Assembly: GCF_009914755.1 (NCBI RefSeq) | Contig: NC_060938.1 | Origin: the human T2T-CHM13v2.0 reference genome, Homo sapiens | Reading direction: 5' to 3' (one strand) | DNA: 64,000 nucleotides | In this document: piece after piece, positions 41,601 through 55,620 of the stretch | How the letters are laid out: each line of letters begins with the position of its first letter | Numbering within the stretch: the first letter of the stretch is position 1 | Program-made: the position numbers and the translations under genes | The notes under the pieces: model-generated | Seen by the model: only the letters and a program-made list of their open reading frames with translations | The model's database searches: none | What the model was told of the DNA's origin: nothing

Positions 41601-44600
41601 AATGGAATGAAATCAAACCGAGTGGAATGCAACGGAATGGAATGGAATGGAAAGGAATGAATGTAATGGAATGGGGTGGAATCAACACGAGAGGAATGGA
41701 ATGGAATGGAATGGAAAGGAACGGAATGGAAAGGAATGTAATGGAATGGGGTGGAATCAACACGAGAGGAATGGAATGGAATGGAATGGAAAGGAACGGA
41801 ATGGAAAGGAATGCAATGGAATGGAATGGAAGCAACACGAATGGAATGGAACGGAATGGAATGGGATGGGATGGAATGGAATGGAATGGAATGGAATCAA
41901 CATGAATGGAATGGAACGGAATGGAATGGGATGGGATGGAATGGAATGGAATGGAAGTTAATCAACACGAATGGAATGGAACGGAATGGAATGGAATGCA
42001 ATGGAATGGAATGAACCCGAATGGAATGGAATGGATTGGAATGGAATGGAATGGAATCAACCTGAGCGGAAAGGAATGGAATGGAATGGAGTGGAATGGA
42101 ATGTAATGGAATGGAATGTAATGGAATGGAATGGAATGGAATGGAATGGAATGGAATCAACACGAATGGAATGGAACGGAATGGAATGGGATGGGATGCA
42201 ATGGAATGGAATGGAAGTTAATCAACACGAATGGAATGGAAGGAATGGAATGGATTGGAATGGAATGAAATGGAAAGGAACGGAATGGAATCAACACGAG
42301 TGGAATGGAATGGAATAAAATGGAAAGGAACAGAAATTAATCAACATGAGTGGAATGGAATGGAACGGAATGGAATCAACCCGAGTGGAATGAAATGGAA
42401 TGTAATGCAATGGGATGGATTAGAATCAGCCCGAGTGGAATGGAATGGAATGGAATGAAATGGAATGGATCGGAATGGAATCCAATGGAATCAACAGGAA
42501 TGGAATGGAATGGAATGGAATGGAATGGAATGGAATGGAATGGAATGGAATGGAATGGAATAAATCCGGGTGGAGTGGAATGGAATGTAATGGAGTGGAA
42601 TGTAATGGAATTTAGTGGAAAGGAATGTAATGGAATGGAATGGAATGGAATGGAATGAAATGGATTGGATAGGAATGGAATCCAATGGAGTCAACTGGAA
42701 TGGAATGGAATGGAATGGAAAGGAATGGAATAAATCCGGGTGGAGTGGAAGGGAATGGAATGGAGTGGAATGGAATGGAATTTAATGGAATGGAATGGAA
42801 TGGAATGGAATGGAATGGAATGGAATCAACCCGAGTGGAATGGAACGGAATGGAATGGAAAGGAATGGAATGGAATGGAATGGAATAGAATGGAATGGAA
42901 TGGAATGGAATGGAATGGAATGGAGTGGAATGGAACGGAATGGAGTGGAATGCAATAAAAACCAGGGGAATGAAATTGATTGGAATGAAGTGGAATGGAA
43001 TGGAATGGAATGGAATCAACCCGAGCGGAAAGGAACGGAATGGAATGGAGTGGAATGTAATGTAATGGAATGGAATGGAATGGAATGGAATCAACACAAA
43101 TGGAATGGAACGGAATGGAATGGGATAGGATGGAATGGTATGGAATGGAAGTTAATCAACACGAATGGAATGGAATGGAATGGAATGGAATGGAATGAAA
43201 TGGAATGGATCGGAATGGAATCCAATGGAATCAACTGGAATGGAATGGAATGGAATGGAATGGAATGGAATGGAATGGAATGGAATGGAATGCAATGGAA
43301 TGGAATAAATCTGGGTGGAGTGGAATGGATGAAACGGAGTGGAATGTAATGGAATTTAGTGGAATGGAATGGAATGTACTGTAATGGAATGGAATGGAAT
43401 GGAATGGAATGGAATGGAATTAAATGGATTGGATCGGAATGGAATCCAATGGAATCAACTGGAATGGAATGGAATGGAATGGAATGGAATAAATCCGGGT
43501 GGAGTGGAATGGAATGTAATGGAGTGGAATGGAATGGAATTTAGTGGAATGGAATGGAATGGAATGGAATCGAATGAAATGGATTGTATCGGAATGGAAT
43601 CCAATGGAATCAACTGGAATGGAATGGAATGGAATAAATCCGGGTGGAGTGGAATGGAATGTAATGGAGTGGAATGGAATGGAATTTAGTGGAATGGAAT
43701 GGAAAGGAATGGAATGCAATGGAATGGAATGGAATGGAATGGAATCAACCCGAATGGGATGGCATGGAATGGAATTGAATGGAATGGAATGTAATGGACT
43801 GTAATGGAATGGAATGGAATGGAATCAACCCAAGCGCAATGGAATGGAATGGAATGCAATGGAATCCACCCGAGTGGAATGGAATGGAATGGAATGGAAT
43901 GGAATGGAATGGAATGGAGTGGAATGGAACAGAATGGAGTGGAATGGAATGAACAACAGGGGAATGAATTGGATTGGAAATAAATGGAATGGAATGGAAT
44001 GGAATGAAATCAAACCGAGTGGAATGTCACGGAATGGAATGGAATGGAAAGGAATGAATGTAATGGAATGGGGTGGAATCAACACGAGAGGAATGGAATG
44101 GAATGGAAAGGAACGGAATGGAAAGGAATGTAATGGAATGGAATGGAATCAACACGAATGGAATGGAACGGAATGGAATGGGATGGGATGGAATGGAATG
44201 GAATGGAATGGAATCAACACGAATGGAATGGAACGGAATGGAATGGTATGGGATGGAATGGAATGGAATGGAAGTTAATCAACACGAATGGAATGGAACG
44301 GAATGGAATGCAATGCAATGGAATGCAATGAACCGGAATGGAATGGAATGGATTCGAATGGAATGGAATGGAATCAACCCGAGCGGAAAGGAATGGAATG
44401 GAATGGAGTGGAATGGAATTTAACGGAATGGAATGGAATGGAATGCAATGGAATGGAATGGAAAGGAACGGAATGGAAAGGAATGGAATGGAATGATCCC
44501 GAATGGATTTGAATGGATTGGAATGGAATGGAATGGAATGAACCCGAGCGGAAAGGAATGGAATGGAATGGAGTGGAATGGAATGTAATGGAATGGAATG

Positions 44601-47600
44601 GAATGGAATGGAATGGAATCAACACGAATGCAATGGAACGGAATGGAATGGGATGGGATGGAATGGAATGGAATGGAAGTTAATCAACGCGAATGGAATG
44701 GAACGGAATGGAATGGAATGGAATGGAATGGAATGGAATGGAATGGAATGAACCCGAATGCAATGGAATTGATTGGAATTGAAAGGAATGGAATCAACCC
44801 GAGCGGAAATGAATGGAATGGAATGGAGTGGAATGGAATGTAACGGAATGGAATGGAATGGAGTGGAATGGAATGGAATGGAGTGGAATGGAACGGAATA
44901 GTGTGGAATGGAATAAACACCAGGGGAATGAAATGGATTGGAAAGAAATGGAATGGAATGGAATGGAATGAAATCAACCCGAGTGGAATGCAACGGAATG
45001 GAATGGAATGGAAAGGAATGAAGGTAATGGAATGGGGTGGAATCAACAGGAGAGGAATGGAATGGAATGGAATGGAACGGAACGGAATGGAAAGGAATGA
45101 AATGGAATGAACCCCAATGGAATGGAATGGATTGGAATGGAATGGAATTGAATCAACCCGAGCGGAAAGGAATGGAATGGAATGGAGTGGAATGGAATGT
45201 AATGTAATGGAATGGAATGGAATGGAATGGAATCAACACGAATGGAATGGAACGAAATGGAATGGGATGCGATTGAATGGAATGGAATGGAAGTTAATCA
45301 ACACGAATGGAATGGGATGGGATGGAATGGAATGGAATGGAAGTTAATCAACACGAATGGAATGGAACGGAATGGAATGGAATGGAATGGAATGGAATGG
45401 AATGGAATGGAATGGAACGGAATGGAGTGGAATGCAATAAACACCAGGGGAATGAAATTGATTGGAATGAAGTGGAATGGAATGGAATGGAATGGAATGA
45501 AATCAACCCGAGTGGAATGGAACGGAATGGAATGGAATGGAAAGGAATGAATGGAAAGGAATGGTGTGGAATCAACACGAAAGGAATGGAATGGAATGGA
45601 ATGGAACGGAACGGAATGGAAAGGAATGGAATGGAATGAACCCGAATGGAATGGAATGGATTGGAATGGAATGGAATGGAATCAACCCGAGCGAAAAGGA
45701 ACGAAATGGAATGGAGTGGAATGTAATGTAATGGAATGGAATGGAATGGAGTCAACACAAATGGAATGGAACGGAATGGAATGGGATAGGATGGAATGGT
45801 ATGGAATGGAAGTTAATCAACACGAATGGAATGGAACGGAATGGAATGGAATGGAATGGAAAGGAATGGAATGGAATGGAATGGAATGGAATGGAATCAA
45901 ATGGAAAGGAACGGAATGGATTCAACACGAGTGGAATGGAATGGAATGGAATGGAATCAACCCCAGTGGAATGAACTGGAATGTAATGCAATGGGATGGA
46001 GTGGAATCAACCAGAGTGGAATGGAATTGAATGGAATGGAATGCAATTCAATGGAATGGAATAAATCTGGGTGGAGTGGAATGCAATGAAACGGAGTGGA
46101 ATGTAATGGAATTTAGTGGAATGGAATGGATTGGAATGGAATGAAATGGATTGGATCGGAATGGAATCCAATGGAATCAACTGCAATGGAATGGAATGGA
46201 ATGGAATGAAATGGAATAAATCCGGGTGGAATGGAATGGAATGTAATGGAGTGGAATGGAATGGAATTTAGTGGAATGGAATGGAAAGGAATGGAATGAA
46301 ATGGAATGGAATGGAATGGAATGGAATGGAATCAACCCGAATGGGATGGCATGGAATGGAATTGAATGGAATGGAATGTAATGGACTGTAATGGAATGGA
46401 ATGGAATGGAATCAACCCAAGTGCAATGGAATGGAAGGGAATTCAATGGAATCCACCCGAGTGGAATGGAATGGAATGGAATGGAATGGAATGGAATGGA
46501 ATGGAATGGAATCAACACGAATGGAATGGAACGGAATGGAACGGGATGTGATGGAATGGAATGGAATGGAAGTTAATCAACACGAATGGAATGGAACGGA
46601 ATGGAATGGAATGGAATGGAATGGAATGGAATGAAACGGAAAGGAACGGAATGGAATCAACACGAGTGGAATGGAATGGAACGGAATGGAATCAACCCGA
46701 GTGGAATGAAATGGAATGTAATGCAATGGGATGGAGTGGAATCAACCCGAGTGGAATGGAATGTAATGGAATAGAATGAAATGGAACGGATCGGAATGGA
46801 ATCCAATGGAATCAACTGGAATGGAATGTAATGGACTGGAATGGAAAGGAATAAATCCGGGTGGAGTGGAATGGAATGTAATGGAGTGGAATGTAATGGA
46901 ATTTAGTGGAATGGAATGGAATGGAATGGAATGGAATGGAATGCAATTGAATGAAATGGATTGGATCGGAATATAATCCAATGGAATAAAACGGAATGGA
47001 ATGGAATGGAATGGAATGAAATGGATTGGATCGGAATGGAATCCAATGGAATCAACTGGAATGGAATGGAATGGAATGGAATAAATCCAGGTGGAGTGGA
47101 ATGGAATGTAATGGAGTGGAACGGAATGGAATTTACTAGAATGGAATGCAATGGAATGGAATGGAATGGAATGGAATGGAATGGAATGGAATTAACCAGA
47201 GTGGAATGGAATGGAATGGAATGGAAAGGAATGGAATGGAATGGAATGGAATGGAATGGAATGGAATCAACCCGAATGGGATGGCATGGAATGGAATTGA
47301 ATGGAATGGAATGGAATGGAGTCAACCCAAGTGCAATGGAATGGAATGGAATGCCATGCAATCCACCCTAGTGGAATGGAATGGAAAGGAATGGAATGGA
47401 ATGAAATGGAATGGAATGGAATGGAATAAACACCAGGGGAATGAACTGGATTGGAATGAAATGGAATGGAATGGAATGGAATGGAATGGAATGGAATGGA
47501 ATGAAATCAACCCGAGTGGAATGGAACGGAATTGAATGGAATGGAAAGGAATGAATGGAATTGAATGGTGTGGAATCAACACGAGAGGAATGGAATGGAA

Positions 47601-48900
47601 TCGAATGGAACGGAACGGAATGGAAAGGAATGCAATGGAATGGAACGGAACAGAATGGAAAGGAATGGAATGGAATGAAACCGAATGGAATGGAATGGAT
47701 TGGAATTTAATGGAATGGAATCAACCCGAGCGGAAAGGAATGGAATGGAATGGAGTGGAATGAAATGTAATGTAATGTAATGTAATGTAATGGAACGGAA
47801 TGGAATCAACACGAATGGAATGGAACGGAATGTAATGGGATGGGAAGGAATGGAATGGAATGGAAGTTGATCAACACGAATGGAATGGAACGGAATGGAA
47901 TGGAATGGAATGGAATGAACCCGAATGGAATGGAATGGATTGGAATGGAATGGAATGGAATCAACACGAGCGGAAAGGAATGGAATGGAATGGAGTGGAT
48001 TGGAATGGAATGGAATGGAATGGAATGGAATGGAATCAACACGAATGGAATGGAACGGAATGGAATGGGATGGGATGGAATGGAATGGACTGGAAGTTAA
48101 TCAACACGAATGGAATGGAAAGGAATGGAATGGAATGGAATGGAACGGAACGGAAAGGAATGGAATGGAATGGAATGGAATGGAATGGAATGGAATGGAA
48201 TGAAATGAAATGGAAAGGAAGCAAATGGAATCAACACGAGTGGAATGGAATGGAACGGAATGGAATCAACACGAGTGGAATGAAATGGAATATAATGCAA
48301 TGGGATGGAGTGGAATCAACCCGAGTGGAATGGAATGGAATGGAAAGGAATGGAATGGAATGAAGTGGAATGGATCGGAACGGAATCCAATGGAATCAAC
48401 TGGAATGGAATGGAATGGAATGGAATGGAATAAATCCTGGTGGAGTGGAATGGAATGTAATGGAGTGGAATGTAATGGAATATAGTGTAATGGAATGGAA
48501 TGGAATGGAATGGAATGGAATGAAATGGATTGGATCGGAATGGAATCCAATGGAATCAACTGGAATGGAATGGCATGGAATGGAATGGAATGGAATGGAA
48601 TGGAATGGAATGGAATAGAATGGAATGGAGTAAATCCGGATGGAGTGGATTGGAATGTAATGGAGTGGAATTGAATGGAATTTAGAGCAATGGAATGGAA
48701 TGGAATGGAATGGAATGGAATGGAATGGAATGGAATGGAATCAAACCGAAATGGATGGCATGGAATGGAATTCAATGGAATGGAATGGAATTGAATGAAA
48801 GGGAATCAACCCAAGAGAAATGGAATGGAATGGAATGCACTGGAATCCACCCGAGTGGAATGGAATGGAATGGAATGGAATTGAATGGAATGGAGTGGAA
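41540..48900 (+). repeat. Large duplication B, copy 2
   Basis: Collinear with 25550-32950 at offsets of 15.95-16.01 kb. The two copies diverge at about 32950/48900. Confidence 0.92.
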
Positions 48901-51470
48901 TGGAACGGAATGGAGTGGAATGGATTAAACACCAGGGGAATAAAATGGATTGGAATGAAATGGAATGGAAAGGAATGGAATGGAATGAAATCAACACGAG
49001 TGGAATGGAACGGAATGGAATGGCATGGAAAGGAATGAATGGAATGGAATGGTGTGGAATCAACAGGAGAGGAATGGAATGGAATGAAATGGAACGGAAC
49101 GGAATGGAAAGGAATGGAATGGAATGAACCCGAATTTAATGGAATGGATTGGAAAGGAATGGAATGGAATCAACCCGAGTGTAAAGGAATGGAATGGAAT
49201 GGATTCGACTGGAATGTAATGGAATGGAATGAAATGGAATGGAATCAACACGAATGGAATGGAACGGAATGGAATGGAAGGGGATGGAATGGAATGGAAT
49301 GGAAGTTAATCAACACGAATGGAATGGAACGGAATGGACGGGAATGGAATGGAAAGAACCCGAATGGAATGGAATGGATTGGAATGGAATGGAATGTAAT
49401 CAACCCGAGCAGAAAGGAATGGAATGGAATGGAGTGGAATGGAATGTAATGTAATGGAATGGAATAGGATGGAATCAACACGAATGGAATGGAACGGAAT
49501 GGAATGGGATGGGATGGAATGGAATGGAATGGAATGGAAGTTAATCAACACGAATGGAATGGAAAGGAATGGAATGGAATGGATTGGAACGGAACAGAAC
49601 GGAATGGAATGGAATGGAATGGAATGGAATAGAATGGAATGAAATGGAAAGGAACGGAATGGAATCAACACGAGTGGATAGGAATGGAACGGAATGGAAT
49701 CAACCCGAGTGGAATGAAATGGAATGTAATGCAATGGGATGGAGTGGAATAAACCCGAGTGGAATGGAATGGAATGGAATGAAATGGTATGGATTGGAAT
49801 GGAATCCAATGGAATCAACTGGAATGGAATGGAATGGAATGGAATAAATCCGGGTGGGGTGGAATGGAATGTAATGGAGTGGAAAGGAATGGAATATAGT
49901 GGAATGGAATGGAATGGAACGGAATGGAATGGAATCAACCCGAATGGAATGGAACGGAATGGAATGGAAAGGAAAGGAATGGAATGGAATGGAATGGAAT
50001 GGAATGGAATGGAATGGAATGGAATGGCATGAAATGGAATGGATCGGAATGGAATCCAACGGAATCAACTGGAATGGAATGGAAGGGAATGGAATGGAAT
50101 GGAATGGAATGGAATAAATCCGGGTGGAGTGGAATGGAATGTAATGGAGTGGAATGTAATGGAATTTAGTGGAATGGATTGGAATGGAATGGAATGGAAT
50201 GGAATGAAATGGATTGGATCGGAATGGAATCCAATTGAATCAACTGGAATGGAATGGAATAGAATGGAATGGAATAAATCCGGGTCGAGTGGAATGGAAT
50301 GTAATGGAGTGGAATGGAATGGAATTTAGTGGAATGGAATGGAATGGAATCAACCCGAATGGAATGGAACGGAATGGAATGGAAAGGAATGGAATGGAAT
50401 GGAATTGAATGGAATGGAATGGAATCAACCCGAATGGGATGGCATGGAATGGAATCGAAAGGAATGGACTGGAATGGAATGGAATGGACTGGAATGGAAT
50501 CAACCCAAGTGCAATGGAATGGAATGGAATGCAATGGAATCCACCCGAGTGGAATGGAATGGAATGGAATGGAAAGGAATGGAGTGGAATGGAATGGAAT
50601 GTAGTGGAATGGAATAAACACCAGGGGAATGAAATGGATTGGAATGAATTGGAATGGAATGGAATGGAATGGAATGAAATCAACCCGAGTGGAATGGAAC
50701 ACAATGGAATGAATGGAAGGGAATGGTGTCGAATCAACACGAGAGGAATGGAATGGAAAGGAACGGAATGGAAAGGAAGGGAATGGAATGAACCCGAATG
50801 GAATGGAATGGAATGGAATGGAATCAACACGAATGGAATGGAACGGAATGGATTGGGATGGGATGGAACGGAATGGAATGGAATGGAATGGAATCAACAC
50901 GAAAGGAATGGAACGGAATGGAATGGAATGGAAAGGAATGGAATGGAATGGAATGGAATGAACCCGAATGGAATGGAATGGATTGGAATGGAATGGAGTG
51001 GAATCAACCCGAGCGGAAAGGAATGGAATGGAATGGGGTGGAATGGAATGGAATGGAATGGAATGGAATGGAATCCACACGAATGGAATGGAACGGAATG
51101 GAATGGGATGGGATGAAATGGGATGAAATAGAATGGAATGGAAGTTAATCAACACGAATGGAATGGAACGGAATGGAGTGGAATAGAATGGAATGGAATG
51201 AACCCCAATGGAATGGAATGGATTGGAATGGAATGGAAGGGAATCAACCCGAGCGGAAAGGAATGGAATGGAATGGAGTGGAATGGAATGGAATGTAACG
51301 GAATGGAATGGAATGGAATCAAAACGAATGGAATGGAACGGAATGAAATGGCAAGGGATGGAATGCAATGGGATGGAAGTTAATCAACACGAATGGAATG
51401 GAACGGAATGGAATGGAACGGAACGGAATGGAATGGAAAGGAATGGAATGGAATGGAATGGAATGGAATG
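46625..51470 (+). repeat. About 4.8-kb higher-order unit D, copy 1 (its first half is also present at about 30670-32950)
   Basis: GAATTC 48768/57676 (offset 8908). Diagnostic variants GGAATATAATCC, GCCATGCAATCCACCCTAG, GGAAGCAAAT, TTTAGAGCAAT, GGTGTCGAATC and GGCAAGGGATG recur in order. Confidence 0.9.
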
Positions 51471-52979
51471 AAATGGAAAGGAAAGGAATGGAATCAACAC
51501 GAGTGGAATGGAATGGAACTGAATGGAATCAACCCGAGTGGAATGAAATGGAATGTAATGCAATGGCATGGAGTGGAATCAACCCGAGTGGAATGCAATG
51601 GAATGGAATGGAACAAAATGGAATGGATCGGAATGGAATCCAATGGAATCAACAGGAAGGGAATGGAATGGAATGGAATGGAATGGAATGGAATGGAATA
51701 AATCCGGGTGGAGTGGAATGGAATGTAATGGAGTGGAATGTAATGGAATTTAGTGGAATGGAATGGAATGAAATGGAATGAAATGGATTGGATTGGAATG
51801 GAATCCAATGGAATCAACTGGAAAGGAATGGAATGAAATGGAATGGAATAAATCCGGGTGGAGTGGAATGGAATGTAATGGAGTGGAATGGAATGTAATG
51901 GAGTGGAATGGAATGGATTTTACTGGAATGGAATGGAATGGAGTGGAATGAAATGGAATCAACCCGAATGGGAGGGCATGGAATGGAATTGAATGGAATG
52001 GAATGGAATGGAGTGGAATGGAATGGAATGGAATGGAATGGAATGGAATCAACACAAGTGGAATGGAATGTAATGGAATGCAATGGAATCCACCCGAGTG
52101 GATTGGAATGGAATGGAATGGAATGGAATGGAGTGGAATGGAACATAATGGATTGGAATGGAATAAACACCAGGGGAATGAAATGGATTGGAAGGAAATG
52201 GAAAGGAATGGAATGGAATGGAATGGAATGGAATGGAATGGAATGGAATCCACCCGAGAGGAATAGAACGGAAGGGAATGGAATGGAAAGGAATGAATGG
52301 AATGGAATGATGTGGAATCAACACGAGAGTAATGGAATGGAATGGAATGGAACGGAACTGAATGCAATGGAATGGATTGGAATGGAATGGAATGGAATCA
52401 ACCTGAGCAGAAAGGAATGGAAAGGAATGGAGTGGAAAGGAATGTATGGAATGGAATGGAATGGAATGGAATGGAATGGAATCAACACGAATGGAATGGA
52501 ACGGAATGGAATGGGATGGGATGGAATGGAATGGAATGGAAGTTAATCAACACGAATGGAATGGAACGGAACGGAATGGAATGGAATGGAATGGAATGGA
52601 ACGGAATGCAACGGAACGGAATGGAATGGAATGGAATGGAATGGAATGCAATGAAATGGAAAGGAAGAGAATGGAATCAACACGAGTGGAATAGAATGGA
52701 ACGGAATGGAATCAACCCGAGTGGAATGAAATGAAATGTAATGCAATGGGATTGAGTGGAATCAACCCGAGTGGAATGGAATCGAATGGAATTGAATGGA
52801 CTGGAATGGAATGAAATGGAATGGATCGGAATGGAATCTAATGGAATCAACTGGAATGGAATGGAATGGAATGGAATAGAATGGAATAAATCCGGGTGGA
52901 GTGGAATGGAATGTACTGGAGTGGAATGTAATGGAATTTACTGGAATGGAATGGAATGGAATGGAATGGAATGGAATGG

Positions 52980-55620
52980 AGTGGAATGGAACGGAATGGA
53001 GTGGAATGGAATAAACAACAGGGGAATGAATTGGATTGGAAATAAATGGAATGGAATGGAATGGAATGAAATCAAACCAAGTGGTATGCAACGGAATGGA
53101 ATGGAATGGAAAGGAATGAATGTAATGGAATGGGGTGGAATCAACACGAGAGGAATGGAATGGAATGGAAAGGAACGGAATGGAAAGGAATGTAATGGAA
53201 TGGAATGGAATCAACACGAATCGAATGGAACGGAATGGAATGGGATGGGATGGAATGGAACGGAATGGAATGGAATCAACACGAATGGAATGGAACGGAA
53301 TGGAATGGGATGGGATGGAATGGAATGGAATGGAAGTTAATCAACACGAATGGAATGGAACGGAATGGAATGGAATGCAATGGAATGGAATGAACCCGAA
53401 TGGAATGGAATGGATTGGAATGGAATGGAATGGAATCAACCCGAGCGGAAAGGAATGGAATGGAATGGAGTGGAATGGAATTTAATGGAATGGAATGGAA
53501 TGGAATGGAATGGAATGGAATGGAAAGGAACGGAATGGAAAGGAATGGAATGGAATGATCCCGAATGGATTTGAATGGATTGGAATGGAATGGAATGGAA
53601 TGAACCCGAGCGGAAAGGAATGGAATGGAATGGAGTGGAATGGAATGTAATGTAATGTAATGGAATGGAATGGAATGGAATGGAATGGAATCAACACGAA
53701 TGCAATGGAACGGAATGGAATGGGATTGGATGGAATGGAATGGAATGGAAGTTAATCAACACGAATGGAATGGAACGGAATGGAATGGAATGGAATGGAA
53801 TGGAATGGAATGGAATGAACCCGAATGCAATGGAATTGATTGGAATTGAAAGGAATGGAATCAACCCGAGCGGAAATGAATGGAATGGAATGGAGTGGAA
53901 TGGAAGGTAACGGAATGGAATGGAATGGAGTGGAATGGAATGGAATGGAGTGGAATGGAACGGAATGGTGTGGAATGGAATAAACACCAGGGGAATGAAA
54001 TGGATTGGAAAGAAATGGAATGGAATGGAATGGAATGAAATCAACCCGAGTGGAATGCAACGGAATGGAATGGAATGGAAAGGAATGAAGGTAATGGAAT
54101 GGGGTGGAATCAACAGGAGAGGAATGGAATGCAATGGAATGGAACGGAACGGAATGGAAAGGAATGAAATGGAATGAACCCCAATGGAATGGAATGGATT
54201 GGAATGGAATGGAATTGAATCAACCCGAGCGGAAAGGAATGGAATGGAATGGAGTGGAATGGAATGTAATGTAATGGAATGGAATGGAATGGAATGGAAT
54301 CAACACGAATGGAATGGAACGAAATGGAATGGGATGCGATTGAATGGAATGGAATGGAAGTTAATCAACACGAATGGAATGGGATGGGATGGAATGGAAT
54401 GGAATGGAAGTTAATCAACACGAATGGAATGGAACGGAATGGAATGGAATGGAATGAAAAGGAATAGAATGGAATGCAATGCAATGAAATGGAAAGGAAC
54501 GGAATGGAATCAACACGAGTGGAATGGAATGGAACGGAATGGAATCAACCCCAGTGGAATGAACTGGAATGTAATGCAATGGGATGGAGTGGAATCAACC
54601 CGAGTGGAATGGAATGGAATGGAATGGAATGGAATGAAATGGAATGGATCGGAATGGAATCCAATGGAATCAACTGGAATGGAATGGTATGGAATGGAAT
54701 GGAATGGAAAGCAATGGAATGGAATAAATCTGGGTGGAGTGGAATGGAATGAAGCGGAGTGGAATGTAATGGAATTTAGTGGAATGGAATGTAATGTAAT
54801 GGAATGGAATGGAATGGAATGGAATCGAATGAAATGGATTGGATCGGAATGGAATCCAATGGAATCAACTGCAATGGAATGGAATGGAATAAATCCGGGT
54901 GGAGTGGAATGGAATGTAATGGAGTTTAATGGAATGGAATATAGTGGAATGGAATGGAAAGGAATGGAATGAAATGGAATGGAATGGAATGGAATGGAAT
55001 CAACCCGAATGGGATGGCATGGAATGGAATTGAATGGAATGGAATGGAATGGAATCAACCCAAGTGCAATGGAATGGAATGGAATGCAATGGAATCCACC
55101 CGAGTGGAATGGAATGGAATGGAATGGAATGGAATGGAATGGAATGGAATGGAGTGCAATGGAACGGAATGGAGTGGAATGGAATAAACAACAGGGGAAT
55201 GAATTGGATTGGAAATAAATGGAATGGAATGGAATGGGGTGGAATCAACACGAGAGGAATGGAATGGAATGGAATGGAATAGAATGGAATGGAATGGAAT
55301 GGAATGGAATGGAATGGAATGGAGTGGAATGGAACGGAATGGAGTGGAATGCAATAAAAACCAGGGGAATGAAATTGATTGGAATGAAGTGGAATGGAAT
55401 GGAATGGAATGGAATCAACCCAAGCGGAAAGGAACGGAATGGAATGGAGTGGAATGTAATGTAATGGAATGGAATGGAATGGAATGGAATCAACACAAAT
55501 TGAATGGAACGGAATGGAATGGGATAGGATGGAATGGTATGGAATGGAAGTTAATCAACACGAATGGAATGGAATGGAATGGAATGGAATGGAATGAAAT
55601 GGAATGGATCGGAATGGAAT
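52980..55620 (+). repeat. Dispersed copy of about 36290-38800, including the junction of the 3.2-kb tandem
   Basis: ORF pairs at offset 16824: 37096/53920, 37600/54424, 38130/54954 and 38385/55209. The junction string GGAAATAAATGGAATGGAATGGAATGGGGTGG occurs at about 38387 and 55211. Confidence 0.88.
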
